From an uncultured bacterium (lineage in GTDB: Bacteria; Chlamydiota; Chlamydiia; Chlamydiales; SM23-39), in NCBI GenBank assembly GCA_964626905.1, contig CAZVHA010000004.1:3952-67951 (forward strand): a DNA stretch of 64,000 nucleotides, written 5' to 3'. Shown piece after piece: positions 44,947 to 54,544 of this stretch (its first letter is position 1; each line of letters begins with the position of its first letter). The notes below the pieces were generated by a model, which worked only from the letters and a program-made list of their open reading frames with translations, was not told the DNA's origin and did no database searches. Both the position numbers and the translations under genes were made by a program.

Positions 44947-46749
44947 TTATTTTCGTTGCCAATTGAGAAGTAAATTGAGATCTTTTTCTGTGATTCCAGA
45001 AACGGAACGGATCTCCTCTTCACTTGCTTTTTTGAGCTTTTTTACGCTCCCAAATTTTTGCAAAAGTCTTTTTTTCTTGATCGGCCCAATTCCAGGAAGA
45101 TCGTCGAGTTCACTTGCAATCGTTCTTCTCGCTCTTCGTTTTCGGTGAAATTCGATCGCCTGTTTGTGCGCCTCATCGCGCACCCTTTGGAGGAGGAAGA
45201 GGAGGGGAGAGCGCGGATCGATCAGAAAGGGATCTTTTCGATAGGGGACGTAGATCTTTTCTTGCGTGAGCCCCTTATCGTGCCGCGCCTCTTCTTTTGT
45301 GAGAGCGATCACATCGATCGAGGCGATTTTTAGTTCCTCAAACACATCGAGCGCAATGTTGAGCTGCCCCCTCCCTCCATCGACAATGAGAAGATCGCAA
45401 AAATCGTTTTTCTCTTTTTGTCTTGTAAAGTGGCGCAAAAGCACCTCTCTCATCGCCGTATAGTCATCCGCTGTTTTTTGCCCCTTGATTTTGAAAAGGC
45501 GCATTTTCGATTTCTCTTTTTCTCCATCGACAAAAGAGACAAGACTTGCCACCGGATCGCTTCCCGAAATGTTCGAAGTGTCAAAACACTCGATCCGCTT
45601 CGGAAAACGGGTGAGCTGCAGCGTCTCTTGCAGATCAAGGAGTCTCTTTTCCTTTAAACTGCGCGCATCTTGCTCTTTCATAAAAAGGGCTTTTGCATTG
45701 CGCCTGGCCATTTCGATTAAATCCCTCTTCTTCCCCTTTTGCGGCGCGTGAAGTGCACATTGAATCAGCTCTTCTACATCGCCTTGTTGGGGCAAAGCGT
45801 CTGGAATCAAAATCTCTTTCGGCAACTTTTCCTTGCCCTTATAGTGCTGCAAGAGAAATGATTCGACAATTTCCTCATCCTCCGATGCAATGCGCGTAAA
45901 ACTAAAATGTTCCGATCCGATCAATTTCCCCTCTCGAAAAAATAAGAGGGCCACCATCACCGCATCTGCCTCTCGATAAAGCCCTAGTGCATCGCAGCTC
46001 ATCGCCGCAATCTGATCCACATGTTGCGCCTCTGTCACATGCTCAATTTGCTGAATCATTCGCAAGTAGCGATCTGCCTGCTCAAATTCAAGCACATCAG
46101 AGGCTGCCCTCATCTGCTGTTTGAGATGCGCCAAAACGTCTTTGTCCTGCCCGCGCAAAAGGCGAATCGCCGACTCGACATGCTCCGCATAGTTTTTTTC
46201 TGTGCATTTGCCAACGCATGGGGCAATACAGCGCTTCATGTCGTATAGAAGACAGGGCCTTGTCCTTTGCATCAATTCCGCATCGGAACAGACCCGCAGT
46301 GGAAAAAGACGAGAAATCAGATCAAAAGTGGCCCTCGCCGCAAGGGCATTCGTATAGGGGCCAAAATAGATCCCCTCATTTTTCGCCCTTCCCTTATGGC
46401 GGACCAAGCGGATCATCGGCCATTTGTGTCTCGTCAACAGAAGACTCACAAATGTCTTATCGTCTTTCAATAGGATGTTGTATTTCGGAAGGTATTGCTT
46501 GATTAGATTGTTTTCTAAAATCAGCGCATCTTTTTCGGTTAGCGCCACAATCGGATCGATCGCCTCCACTTGCGCAATCAAATAGGGGACCATTGGCCGC
46601 CCATCACCCGACTCGGCAAAATATTGCTTGAGTCGCACCCTCAAATTCTTCGCTTTCCCCACATAAAGGACCATCCCATTTGCGTCTTTCATCAAATAGA
46701 CCCCCGGCTCTTCGGGATAAAGGGCCAGCGTTTTCGGATCAAACCCCAT
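44947..46749 (-). CDS. uvrC: Excinuclease ABC subunit C
   Basis: GIY-YIG (GVYLMKD..VLYVGKAKNL), a UVR domain, and a C-terminal (HhH)2 (LDDLPGIGPIKKKRLL). Confidence 0.95.
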   Translation of the reverse strand: MGFDPKTLALYPEEPGVYLMKDANGMVLYVGKAKNLRVRLKQYFAESGDGRPMVPYLIAQVEAIDPIVALTEKDALILENNLIKQYLPKYNILLKDDKTFVSLLLTRHKWPMIRLVRHKGRAKNEGIYFGPYTNALAARATFDLISRLFPLRVCSDAELMQRTRPCLLYDMKRCIAPCVGKCTEKNYAEHVESAIRLLRGQDKDVLAHLKQQMRAASDVLEFEQADRYLRMIQQIEHVTEAQHVDQIAAMSCDALGLYREADAVMVALLFFREGKLIGSEHFSFTRIASEDEEIVESFLLQHYKGKEKLPKEILIPDALPQQGDVEELIQCALHAPQKGKKRDLIEMARRNAKALFMKEQDARSLKEKRLLDLQETLQLTRFPKRIECFDTSNISGSDPVASLVSFVDGEKEKSKMRLFKIKGQKTADDYTAMREVLLRHFTRQKEKNDFCDLLIVDGGRGQLNIALDVFEELKIASIDVIALTKEEARHDKGLTQEKIYVPYRKDPFLIDPRSPLLFLLQRVRDEAHKQAIEFHRKRRARRTIASELDDLPGIGPIKKKRLLQKFGSVKKLKKASEEEIRSVSGITEKDLNLLLNWQRK

Positions 46750-49225
46750 CGAGTTTCTCGGATAGCTCTTTTAAGAGTAAAAGTTTGTGCTGAGCCTCCA
46801 GCGGTGTGAGGTTGAGTGGATCGATCTTTTGCAGTTCCTGGAAAAGAGGATGTTTTTGCGGCTCTTCGACAAAAAGAGAGAGCTGCGAAGTTTGACTCTG
46901 TTCGAGCTCTTCGAGCATCTTTTCCGCCCTCCGAATCGCCTTCTGCGGAATGCCCGCCAGCTTTGCCACGTGGATCCCATAACTCTTGTCTGTCCCGCCC
47001 CGCACAATCTTTCTCAAAAAAACAATCCCCGAGGGGGCCTCTTCTACTGCCGTTTGGAAATTGAGCGCATGGGAAAACTCGTTCTCGAGCTTGGTCAGCT
47101 CCCAGTAGTGGGTCGCAAAAAGGGTTTTGGCCATCTTCCGAGGCGTCGTCAATAGATACTCTGCCACCGCCCACGCAATCGATATGCCGTCGTAAGTGCT
47201 CGTCCCGCGCCCAATTTCATCGAGCAGCACGAGCGAGCGCGATGTCGCATTGTTGAGGATGTTTGCCGTCTCCGACATCTCCACCATGAATGTCGATTGC
47301 CCCCGCGCCAGATCGTCGCTTGCCCCAATGCGGGAAAACACCTTGTCAATCAGCCCAATGTGGGCCGATTTCGCAGGGACAAAAGAGCCCATTTGCGCAA
47401 GGATCGCAATGAGCGCCACCTGCCGAATATAGGTCGATTTTCCCGCCATGTTCGGCCCCGTGATCAACATCAATTGCTTCTCAGCATCCAGATGAGTGTC
47501 ATTCGGAATGAACGCCGCTTTTCCAATCGCCTTCTCAATCACCGGATGGCGCCCCTCAACAATCTCAAAAACAGCCGATTCATCGACCTGCGGTCGCACC
47601 CAACCATACATCTGCGCCACCTTCGCAAACGAGAGAAAAACGTCCTGTTTGGCAATGGCTATTGCAGCTGCATGGACAGAAGGGGCCTCCCTCGCAACCT
47701 CCTTTTTAAGCTCTTCAAAACACTCGATCTCAATCGCCTTAAGCCGCTCTTCTGCCGTGAGCACTTGATGCTCAAACTCCTTTAGCTCTTGCGTGATAAA
47801 CCTTTCCGCATTGATGAGCGTTTGGCGCCTTTGAAAGGAAGGGGGGACTTTTTCACTTTGCGCCCGGCTCACCTCAATATAATACCCAAACGCCTTGGTA
47901 TAGCCCACTTTGAGCGTCTTTATTCCGCTCTCTTCTCTCAATCGGATCTGATACCCCGCCATCCAACTCATCGAGTCTCTACACAACTTGCGCAGCTCGT
48001 CGATCTCTTTTTTGTACCCCTCTTTAAAAAGATCCCCTTCCCCCACTCTCAAAGGGGGAGACTCGTTCATCGCATTCAAAATAGTTGTGGCGAGGTTTTC
48101 AGCGTCGAACAGCGAAGGGAGATCGAGCGTTTTTTTAAGGAGGGGAAGGTGCGATAGAGAAGTCCCGAGCGCATAGACGTCGCGCGGCGAGGCAAACCCG
48201 GATGAAATTCTCATCATGAGCCGCTCAATATCGCGTATTTGAGAGAGGATTTCACGCCCCCTTTTGCTCGCCTCAAAGCGATCCATGTAGGAGGAAATCT
48301 GCTCTTGTCTCTCTGCGATCTCGCGTGGACAAAGGAGCGGCGTTTGGATCCACTTTCGAATGAGCCTTCCCCCCATCGGCGTATAGGTCTCATCGAGAAG
48401 ATCGGTAAGTTCTGTGTCGATCCCTAAATTGCGCATTGTCGAACGGTCGATCGCCATCTGCTCTTTTGTCTCAGACTCAATCGAGCGAATGTGCTCGAGA
48501 TTTAACCCCAGCTCCTCCTTCAGATAAAGAAGGAGCGCGCCCGCTGCGCAAATGGCCGCTTGTCTGTTTTTTAACCCAAACCCATCCAGCGTTTCGACGT
48601 CAAAATGGCTCTTCAACACCTCTGTGCTCAAATCGAGCCCGAGCCCTTTGCGCTCATTTGCTAAAAAGCCAAAGTGAAAAGAGAGCTCCTTTAAAAAAGG
48701 AAAAGGCTCTGGGACGAGAATCTCACTCGGCTTTAAACGGCAAAGCTCGTCGATCGCCTTTGGTTCACTCACCTGTTCAAACACCCGAAATTCGCAGGTC
48801 GTCACATCGAGCGCGCCAATTCCATAAGTGGAGCCCCATTTTGCAACCGAGACAAAGTAGTTGTTTTTCTTGTCATGCAAAAGACCCGAATTGACAATCG
48901 TTCCCGGCGTCACAATCCGGACGATTTCCCTCTTGACAATCCCTTTGGCCTCCTTTGGATCTTCCATCTGCTCGGCAATCGCAATCTTAAACCCCTTCGC
49001 AATCAGCTTGTCGATATAACTCTCTGCCGTGTGAAAAGGGACGCCGCACATCGGAATTCCCTGGCGCGCCGTAAGCGTCAACCCAATCTCTTTCGAAATG
49101 AGAGTGGCATCTTCATAAAACGCCTCGTAAAAATCGCCGAGGCGAAATAAGAGAAGCGCCTCTTTCGCCTCCTCTTTGCACGCTTGCCACTGCGTCATCA
49201 TCGGTGTGTTTGTTGGGCCACTCAT
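46739..49225 (-). CDS. mutS: DNA mismatch repair protein MutS
   Basis: TPMMTQW, GDFYE, GPNMAGKST, DEIGRGTST and THYWEL motifs. Confidence 0.95.
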   Translation of the reverse strand: MSGPTNTPMMTQWQACKEEAKEALLLFRLGDFYEAFYEDATLISKEIGLTLTARQGIPMCGVPFHTAESYIDKLIAKGFKIAIAEQMEDPKEAKGIVKREIVRIVTPGTIVNSGLLHDKKNNYFVSVAKWGSTYGIGALDVTTCEFRVFEQVSEPKAIDELCRLKPSEILVPEPFPFLKELSFHFGFLANERKGLGLDLSTEVLKSHFDVETLDGFGLKNRQAAICAAGALLLYLKEELGLNLEHIRSIESETKEQMAIDRSTMRNLGIDTELTDLLDETYTPMGGRLIRKWIQTPLLCPREIAERQEQISSYMDRFEASKRGREILSQIRDIERLMMRISSGFASPRDVYALGTSLSHLPLLKKTLDLPSLFDAENLATTILNAMNESPPLRVGEGDLFKEGYKKEIDELRKLCRDSMSWMAGYQIRLREESGIKTLKVGYTKAFGYYIEVSRAQSEKVPPSFQRRQTLINAERFITQELKEFEHQVLTAEERLKAIEIECFEELKKEVAREAPSVHAAAIAIAKQDVFLSFAKVAQMYGWVRPQVDESAVFEIVEGRHPVIEKAIGKAAFIPNDTHLDAEKQLMLITGPNMAGKSTYIRQVALIAILAQMGSFVPAKSAHIGLIDKVFSRIGASDDLARGQSTFMVEMSETANILNNATSRSLVLLDEIGRGTSTYDGISIAWAVAEYLLTTPRKMAKTLFATHYWELTKLENEFSHALNFQTAVEEAPSGIVFLRKIVRGGTDKSYGIHVAKLAGIPQKAIRRAEKMLEELEQSQTSQLSLFVEEPQKHPLFQELQKIDPLNLTPLEAQHKLLLLKELSEKLDGV

Positions 49226-50607
49226 AATAGTTTTTCTTGTAAAAGGGGGATTAGCTTTGCCGTCTCGACCCGAATCTGCTTCATGCTATCTCGCTCCCGC
49301 AAGGTGACAGTGTCGTTTTCCAGCGTCTCAAAGTCGATCGTGATGCAAAAGGGGGTGCCGAGCTCGTCTTGGCGCCGATACCTTTTCCCGATGGCCCCCG
49401 ATTCATCGTATTCGCATGCAAAAACATTTTGCAAAGCCTCAAAGAGCTGTTTTGCTTTTGCCACAAGAGCCTCTTTTTTCATGAGGGGAAAGACAGCTGC
49501 AAATACCGGCGCAACAAGTGGCGAAAAATGGAGCACAGTCCTCTTTTCTCCTCCCTCCAATTCCTCTTCGTCATAGGCATCGCAAAGAAGAGCGAGAAGA
49601 GTCCTTTCTACCCCAAAAGTGGGCTCAATCACATGAGGGACAAACTTTTCCCTCGTCTCCGGATCGGTGTATTCAAGCGTTTGCTGAGAAAATTCGGCGT
49701 GTCTTTTCAAATCAAAATCGGTCCGATAAGCAAGCCCATAAAGCTCCGATGTCCCAAATGGGAAATCGTAGACGAGATCCACTGTCCTCTTCGAATAGTG
49801 GGAAAGCTGCTCCTTGGGATGCTCCTTGTGATGGATGCGCGCCCGGTTTAACCCAATCTTTTCACACCAGCTGCGCATCCATTTGAGCCACTCTTCAAAA
49901 TGGGCCTCCCAATCGCTTCCCTTAATGAAATATTCGATCTCCATTTGCTCAAATTCGATCACCCGAAAAATAAAATTGCCAGGGGTAATCTCATTGCGAA
50001 ACGCCTTTCCAATCTGTGCCACCCCAAACGGAAGTCGCACTCGCATCGTGTCCAAAATGTTTTTGAAATCGAGAAAAATCGCCTGCGCCGTCTCAGGGCG
50101 CAAATAGGCCACATCCCCCTCAGCTCCCGTCTTGCTCATGTGAGTGGAAAACATCAGATTGAAATGGCGCGCGTTTGTAAAATCAGCTGCGCCACATTTG
50201 GGACATTTCACCTTTTTCGAATGGATTAAAGAACTCATCTCCTCAAGACTTAAACCCTCACCCGTTTGAGAGAGAGCCGCCTCAATCAAATGATCGCACC
50301 GATAGCGACTCTTACACGCCTTGCAATCGATCATCGCATCGTTAAACCCCTCCAAGTGGCCCGATGCCGCCCACGTTTTCGGATGGAGTAAAATGGGGCC
50401 GTCAAGACCCACAATGTCGCGCCTTTTTTCGACGAACATCTTCCACCAGAGATCTTTCACGTTCTTTTTCAGCTGAGCGCCGTACGGTCCAAACGAATAG
50501 GTGTTCGCAAAACCGCCATAAATTTCAGAGCCGGGATAAATAAATCCACGCCTCTTGCAAAGAGCCACAACCTCTTTGAGAGAATCTTGTATTTTTTGGG
50601 CTGTCAT
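49222..50607 (-). CDS. glyQS: Glycine--tRNA ligase, homodimeric (alpha2) type
   Basis: RRGFIYPGSEIYGG, YLRPETAQ and a C-terminal anticodon-binding domain. 461 aa. Confidence 0.9.
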   Translation of the reverse strand: MTAQKIQDSLKEVVALCKRRGFIYPGSEIYGGFANTYSFGPYGAQLKKNVKDLWWKMFVEKRRDIVGLDGPILLHPKTWAASGHLEGFNDAMIDCKACKSRYRCDHLIEAALSQTGEGLSLEEMSSLIHSKKVKCPKCGAADFTNARHFNLMFSTHMSKTGAEGDVAYLRPETAQAIFLDFKNILDTMRVRLPFGVAQIGKAFRNEITPGNFIFRVIEFEQMEIEYFIKGSDWEAHFEEWLKWMRSWCEKIGLNRARIHHKEHPKEQLSHYSKRTVDLVYDFPFGTSELYGLAYRTDFDLKRHAEFSQQTLEYTDPETREKFVPHVIEPTFGVERTLLALLCDAYDEEELEGGEKRTVLHFSPLVAPVFAAVFPLMKKEALVAKAKQLFEALQNVFACEYDESGAIGKRYRRQDELGTPFCITIDFETLENDTVTLRERDSMKQIRVETAKLIPLLQEKLL

Positions 50608-50646
50608 AGAATCCAGTTTAAGAAAGGAGAACTGAAATTTTCAAGA

Positions 50647-51141
50647 TCAATATCGCGGCTGGCCGCTGATCCATCGCTTAATCAACCCATCGAGCGAAAA
50701 ACGGCCCGGCCCAAATGCCAACACCATCAGGGTGGTAATGAGAAAAGGATACGGGTTTTGCCCCACCAATACCTTCGGGTCAAGAATAAATTTGAAATTG
50801 CTCAGGTCTTGCGCATGCGCAAGACTCAGCGCCGCAAGCATAATGAAAAGAAGCGGAATCGAAATGAGCCGCGCAGCTAACCCAAAAAAAAGTAAAATCC
50901 CCCCAACCACCTCAAATGTAGCCACGAGATAGCCGTGAAAATGAGAATAGGGAATCCCTAAACTACCAAAAAAAGTGATCACCTTCGACATCTCCTTAAA
51001 TTTTTCGATTCCTATTAAAAAAAATTGATGGCCCCAGGTGAGCCTCATGTATAATAGGAAGAGCCCCTGCAGATTAGATCCAATTCTCACCACAAAGCTA
51101 TACAACTTATCCATCCAGTAAAGAAACCGATTCTGCAGCAT
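50647..51141 (-). CDS. DoxX-family membrane protein
   Basis: Four-TM 164-aa protein with R...G..F...G..K and a C-terminal PG.FSLD pattern. Confidence 0.65.
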   Translation of the reverse strand: MLQNRFLYWMDKLYSFVVRIGSNLQGLFLLYMRLTWGHQFFLIGIEKFKEMSKVITFFGSLGIPYSHFHGYLVATFEVVGGILLFFGLAARLISIPLLFIMLAALSLAHAQDLSNFKFILDPKVLVGQNPYPFLITTLMVLAFGPGRFSLDGLIKRWISGQPRY

Positions 51142-51277
51142 GTCTATCTCCTTTGAATATTCGGATCTTATCAGATGATTGATTTTATTTGAAATTTGAT
51201 GTAAGTTATTTATTGTTAATTATTTGTGTTTAGTTAGTTCAAACATTTAGGAAGTTGTGTTATACTCCCCACCCGCT

Positions 51278-52309
51278 ATGAGAGAAATTTGTTCATTTTC
51301 CTTGCAAGAGCTCAAAAGTTGGATGGAGCAAAATGGTGAAAAGGGGTTCCGGGCAACCCAGGTCGTAGATTGGATCTATGCAAAGGATGCGCCCAGTTTT
51401 GATGGGATGTCCAATCTGTCCAAGGAGCTTCAAGCTAAATTGAAGGAAAATTTTTCCTTCCCGACCCTAAAATGGCTCAAAACCCTGGAATCGGAAGATG
51501 GTGAGACGCTCAAATTCCTTTGGGAGCTCCCCGATCAAAAACGGGTCGAATCAGTCCTGATCCTCTCGGGCGATCGCCGCACTGTATGCCTCTCTGCTCA
51601 GGTGGGCTGCCCCGCCAGGTGCGCTTTCTGCGCCTCGGGCAAAGAGGGGTTATTGCGCAATTTGAGTGCGGCAGAAATTGTCGAGCAGGCCCTTTTCATC
51701 AACCGGCTCTTAAAAGCCAAAGGGGAGAGGGTCTCCCACCTCGTCTTCATGGGAATGGGCGAGCCTTTGGAAAATTACGACGCCGTCGTCAAAGCAATTG
51801 AGATTTTTCACGCCGAATATGGACTCAATATCTCGCAGCGGAGAATCACCGTCTCCACTGTGGGAGTGGTCGAGGGGATCGAGCGGCTCGGCAATGAGGC
51901 GATCAAAGTCAATTTGGTCCTCTCTTTACACGCTCCCAACCAACACATCCGAAAAAAAATCATCCCCTACGCCCGAAAATACCCCTTTGAAGAGCTCCTT
52001 TTGGCGATGGAACATTACTCCCAAAAAACCAAACGCGATATCACCTATGAGTACACGCTCATGGAAGGGATCAACGACCGCCCCGAACATGCCGAGGAGT
52101 TGGCCGTGCTCCTCTCTGGAAAGCAGTGCACCGTGAACCTCATCCCCTACAATCCGGTCGAAGGGCTAAAATTGCACAGGCCCAAACGGGAGGCGATCGA
52201 GGGATTTCGGGAAATTTTGGAAGGGGCTAAGATCAATACCACCTGGCGCTACACTAAAGGAAAGGACATTGCTGCAGCGTGTGGGCAACTAGCATTGCAA
52301 AAAAGTTGA
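51278..52309 (+). CDS. rlmN: 23S rRNA/tRNA (adenine-C2)-methyltransferase RlmN (radical SAM)
   Basis: FRATQV, CPARCAFCASG (CxxxCxxC), MGMGEP and CGQL motifs. Confidence 0.9.
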   Translation: MREICSFSLQELKSWMEQNGEKGFRATQVVDWIYAKDAPSFDGMSNLSKELQAKLKENFSFPTLKWLKTLESEDGETLKFLWELPDQKRVESVLILSGDRRTVCLSAQVGCPARCAFCASGKEGLLRNLSAAEIVEQALFINRLLKAKGERVSHLVFMGMGEPLENYDAVVKAIEIFHAEYGLNISQRRITVSTVGVVEGIERLGNEAIKVNLVLSLHAPNQHIRKKIIPYARKYPFEELLLAMEHYSQKTKRDITYEYTLMEGINDRPEHAEELAVLLSGKQCTVNLIPYNPVEGLKLHRPKREAIEGFREILEGAKINTTWRYTKGKDIAAACGQLALQKS

Positions 52310-52319
52310 CCAATCTCTT

Positions 52320-52937
52320 ATGTTCTTGAGATATATGAATCCTTCAAATACTTTGACTCTCCTCCGGATTTTTTTAAGCCCCCTCTTCCCCCTGCTCTAT
52401 CTCGGGAGGGATTTTTTCGGCATTCCCCTTTTGTGGCTCCCTTACATCCTCCTCCTCCTCCTCGTCATCTGCGAGTGTTCCGATTTTTTCGACGGGGTTT
52501 TGGCGCGCAGGCGCAATCAGGTGACCGACATCGGAAAAGTGCTCGACCCCATGGCAGATACGATCACCCACGTCTCCCTTTTCTTCTCTTTTACCCAAGG
52601 GTTTGTCTCTTTGCCCCTGTTGCCGGTATTGGTCTTTTTGTATCGGGATATTTTTGTCACGACGCTTAGAACTTTGTGCGCCCTCAAAGGAGTGGCATTG
52701 GCCGCCCGGATGAGCGGGAAAGTCAAAGCTTTTTTGCAGGCAGCTGTCGCCTTTTTGATTATCCTTTTGATGATCCCTTACTCGGTAGGATGGCTCTCGC
52801 TAGAACTCTTTCAAAAGATCAGCCTGTTTGCAACATCGATCGCCGCCCTCTACACCGCGGTTTCGATCGGGGACTACGTTTATGCGAATCGCACTTACAT
52901 CAAACGTGCGTTTCAAGAGCGATTCATAAAGCCTTAA
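52320..52937 (+). CDS. pgsA: CDP-alcohol phosphatidyltransferase (PgsA-like)
   Basis: DFFDGVLARRRNQVTDIGKVLDPMADTI matches D(x)2DG(x)2AR(x)8G(x)3D(x)3D. Confidence 0.8.
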   Translation: MFLRYMNPSNTLTLLRIFLSPLFPLLYLGRDFFGIPLLWLPYILLLLLVICECSDFFDGVLARRRNQVTDIGKVLDPMADTITHVSLFFSFTQGFVSLPLLPVLVFLYRDIFVTTLRTLCALKGVALAARMSGKVKAFLQAAVAFLIILLMIPYSVGWLSLELFQKISLFATSIAALYTAVSIGDYVYANRTYIKRAFQERFIKP

Positions 52938-54356
52938 ATACTCTTGCGCCGGCTTTTTCCAGCCAAAATCTGAGAGCATGCCATGCCTTTGGATCGTCTT
53001 GTAGGAAGCGGGATCTTCTTTGAAGAGGCGAAAGGCCCTTTTGAGGGTCTCATTCATGCACTCTTTCGTCGGATCTGTGAAGGAAAAGCCATTGCGCCTT
53101 TGGATCGGAACGGAACCATTTTCCCAATCAAAAACTGTCCCCTTCAAGCCCCCCGTCGCCCGGACGATGGGAACGGCTCCATAGCGCATCCCAATCATCT
53201 GCGTCAATCCGCAAGGTTCATAAAGAGAAGGGACGAGTAAATAATCTAGCGCCGCATAGAGTTGGTGGGCGAGCGGCTCATTGTACTCGTATTGCAAAAG
53301 GACTTGGGAATTACTGCTATATTTTTCTTTGAGTTGGGAAAACGGCTCTTTCAGCGCCGGGTCAGAGACAGAGCCGAGAAGAAGAAAACTCCCCCCCAGA
53401 TCGAGGGCAGTTTCAATCGCATTTGCCAAAAGCTCGGGCCCTTTTTGAGGGACGAGCCTTGTGATAGCGCCGATCCAGGGCCTCTTGAACGGGTTCAGCT
53501 TGAGTTTCAAACGGGCCGCCTCTTTCCCTTTGGCTGCCGATTCCACCGCATAGCGAGTAGGGAGATGGGGGTCTTTTTCTGGATCCCAGTACCCCATATC
53601 AATCCCGTTGAGGATCCCCCGAATTTTCCCTTGAATCTTATTCAAAGTGGGCTCGAGATGGGTCGTCCCAAATTGGGGGGTCAAAATTTCGGCCGCATAA
53701 TCGGGAGAGACGGCGACAATCGCATCCGCAAAAACAATCCCCCCTTTCAATAAATTGATTGTATGAGCATATTTTGGATCGTCATCTTGCATCAAATTCG
53801 GCTTCAAATAAAAATTGCCATCCAATCCGACCCGATCGAGATCCCAGGGAGCACACCTCCCCTGATATTCGACGTTGTGAATCGTCAAAACGATCGCCTT
53901 CACAGCAATTTTTTGAATCAGATTCCTCACCATCGGAGCACAAAGACTCACATGCCAGTCGTGCAGGTGGAGAATGTCGATCGGCTCGTTTTTCAAGGCC
54001 AAATAGTCGATCGCCGAGCGGGAAAACGAGATGAATCTCGCAATATCATCTTCAAAACCGTAGATCTTTCCCCTATGAAAATACCCCGAAGGATGGCGCG
54101 ATTCCAAAAGGCGCAATTGACACTCTTCATAACGGCAGACCCAAGCGATGGCCGGATGCGCTACGCTTTGATAATGAGGGATTTCAATTTGAAGATCGCG
54201 CACGGTATTGAGGTCGATCTGGTCATATTTTGGGAGAATAACGTCGACATTTTCCCCCCTTTTGGTCTGTTCCTTGACGAGGCCGAGCAGGACCTCTCCG
54301 AGGCCTCCCGCCTTGGCAATCGGAGCAAATTCTGCAGCTATATGGACAATCCTCAC
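52800..54356 (-). CDS. glgA: Glycogen synthase (ADP-glucose type)
   Basis: MRIVHIAAEFAPIAKAGGLGEV start, HDWH and EPCGLTQM motifs. The C-terminal 38 or so residues overlap pgsA. Confidence 0.9.
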   Translation of the reverse strand: MRIVHIAAEFAPIAKAGGLGEVLLGLVKEQTKRGENVDVILPKYDQIDLNTVRDLQIEIPHYQSVAHPAIAWVCRYEECQLRLLESRHPSGYFHRGKIYGFEDDIARFISFSRSAIDYLALKNEPIDILHLHDWHVSLCAPMVRNLIQKIAVKAIVLTIHNVEYQGRCAPWDLDRVGLDGNFYLKPNLMQDDDPKYAHTINLLKGGIVFADAIVAVSPDYAAEILTPQFGTTHLEPTLNKIQGKIRGILNGIDMGYWDPEKDPHLPTRYAVESAAKGKEAARLKLKLNPFKRPWIGAITRLVPQKGPELLANAIETALDLGGSFLLLGSVSDPALKEPFSQLKEKYSSNSQVLLQYEYNEPLAHQLYAALDYLLVPSLYEPCGLTQMIGMRYGAVPIVRATGGLKGTVFDWENGSVPIQRRNGFSFTDPTKECMNETLKRAFRLFKEDPASYKTIQRHGMLSDFGWKKPAQEYLRLYESLLKRTFDVSAIRINVVPDRNRGVEGGDRCCKQADLLKEF

Positions 54357-54438
54357 AAGATCCGCTTATATCGGCGAGGGTCATTTCTTGCAAAATATTT
54401 AACGATTTCGCTATGATTGCACCTTTGATTTTCGGTAG

Positions 54439-54510
54439 TGGGGCGTCGCCAAGCGGTAAGGCAGCGGTTTTTGGTACCGCCATGCGGAGGTTCGAATCCT
54501 TCCGCCCCAA
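54439..54510 (+). tRNA. tRNA-Gln (anticodon UUG)
   Basis: Hand fold: acceptor TGGGGCG/CGCCCCA (U1-A72), D arm GCC-AAGCGGTAA-GGC, anticodon stem GCGGT/ACCGC with loop TT-TTG-GT, T arm GGAGG-TTCGAAT-CCTTC. No encoded CCA. Confidence 0.9.
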
Positions 54511-54544
54511 GGCTTAATAAGACTCAAAAGACCCTGAAGGATTG

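Noticed and set aside
46692-49150. Multiple 60-160-aa ORFs on both strands within mutS, for example 46692..47174, 47297..47785 and 48436..48894
   Set aside because: All overlap the clearly homologous 828-aa MutS frame and have low-complexity or Arg-rich translations typical of off-frame reads.
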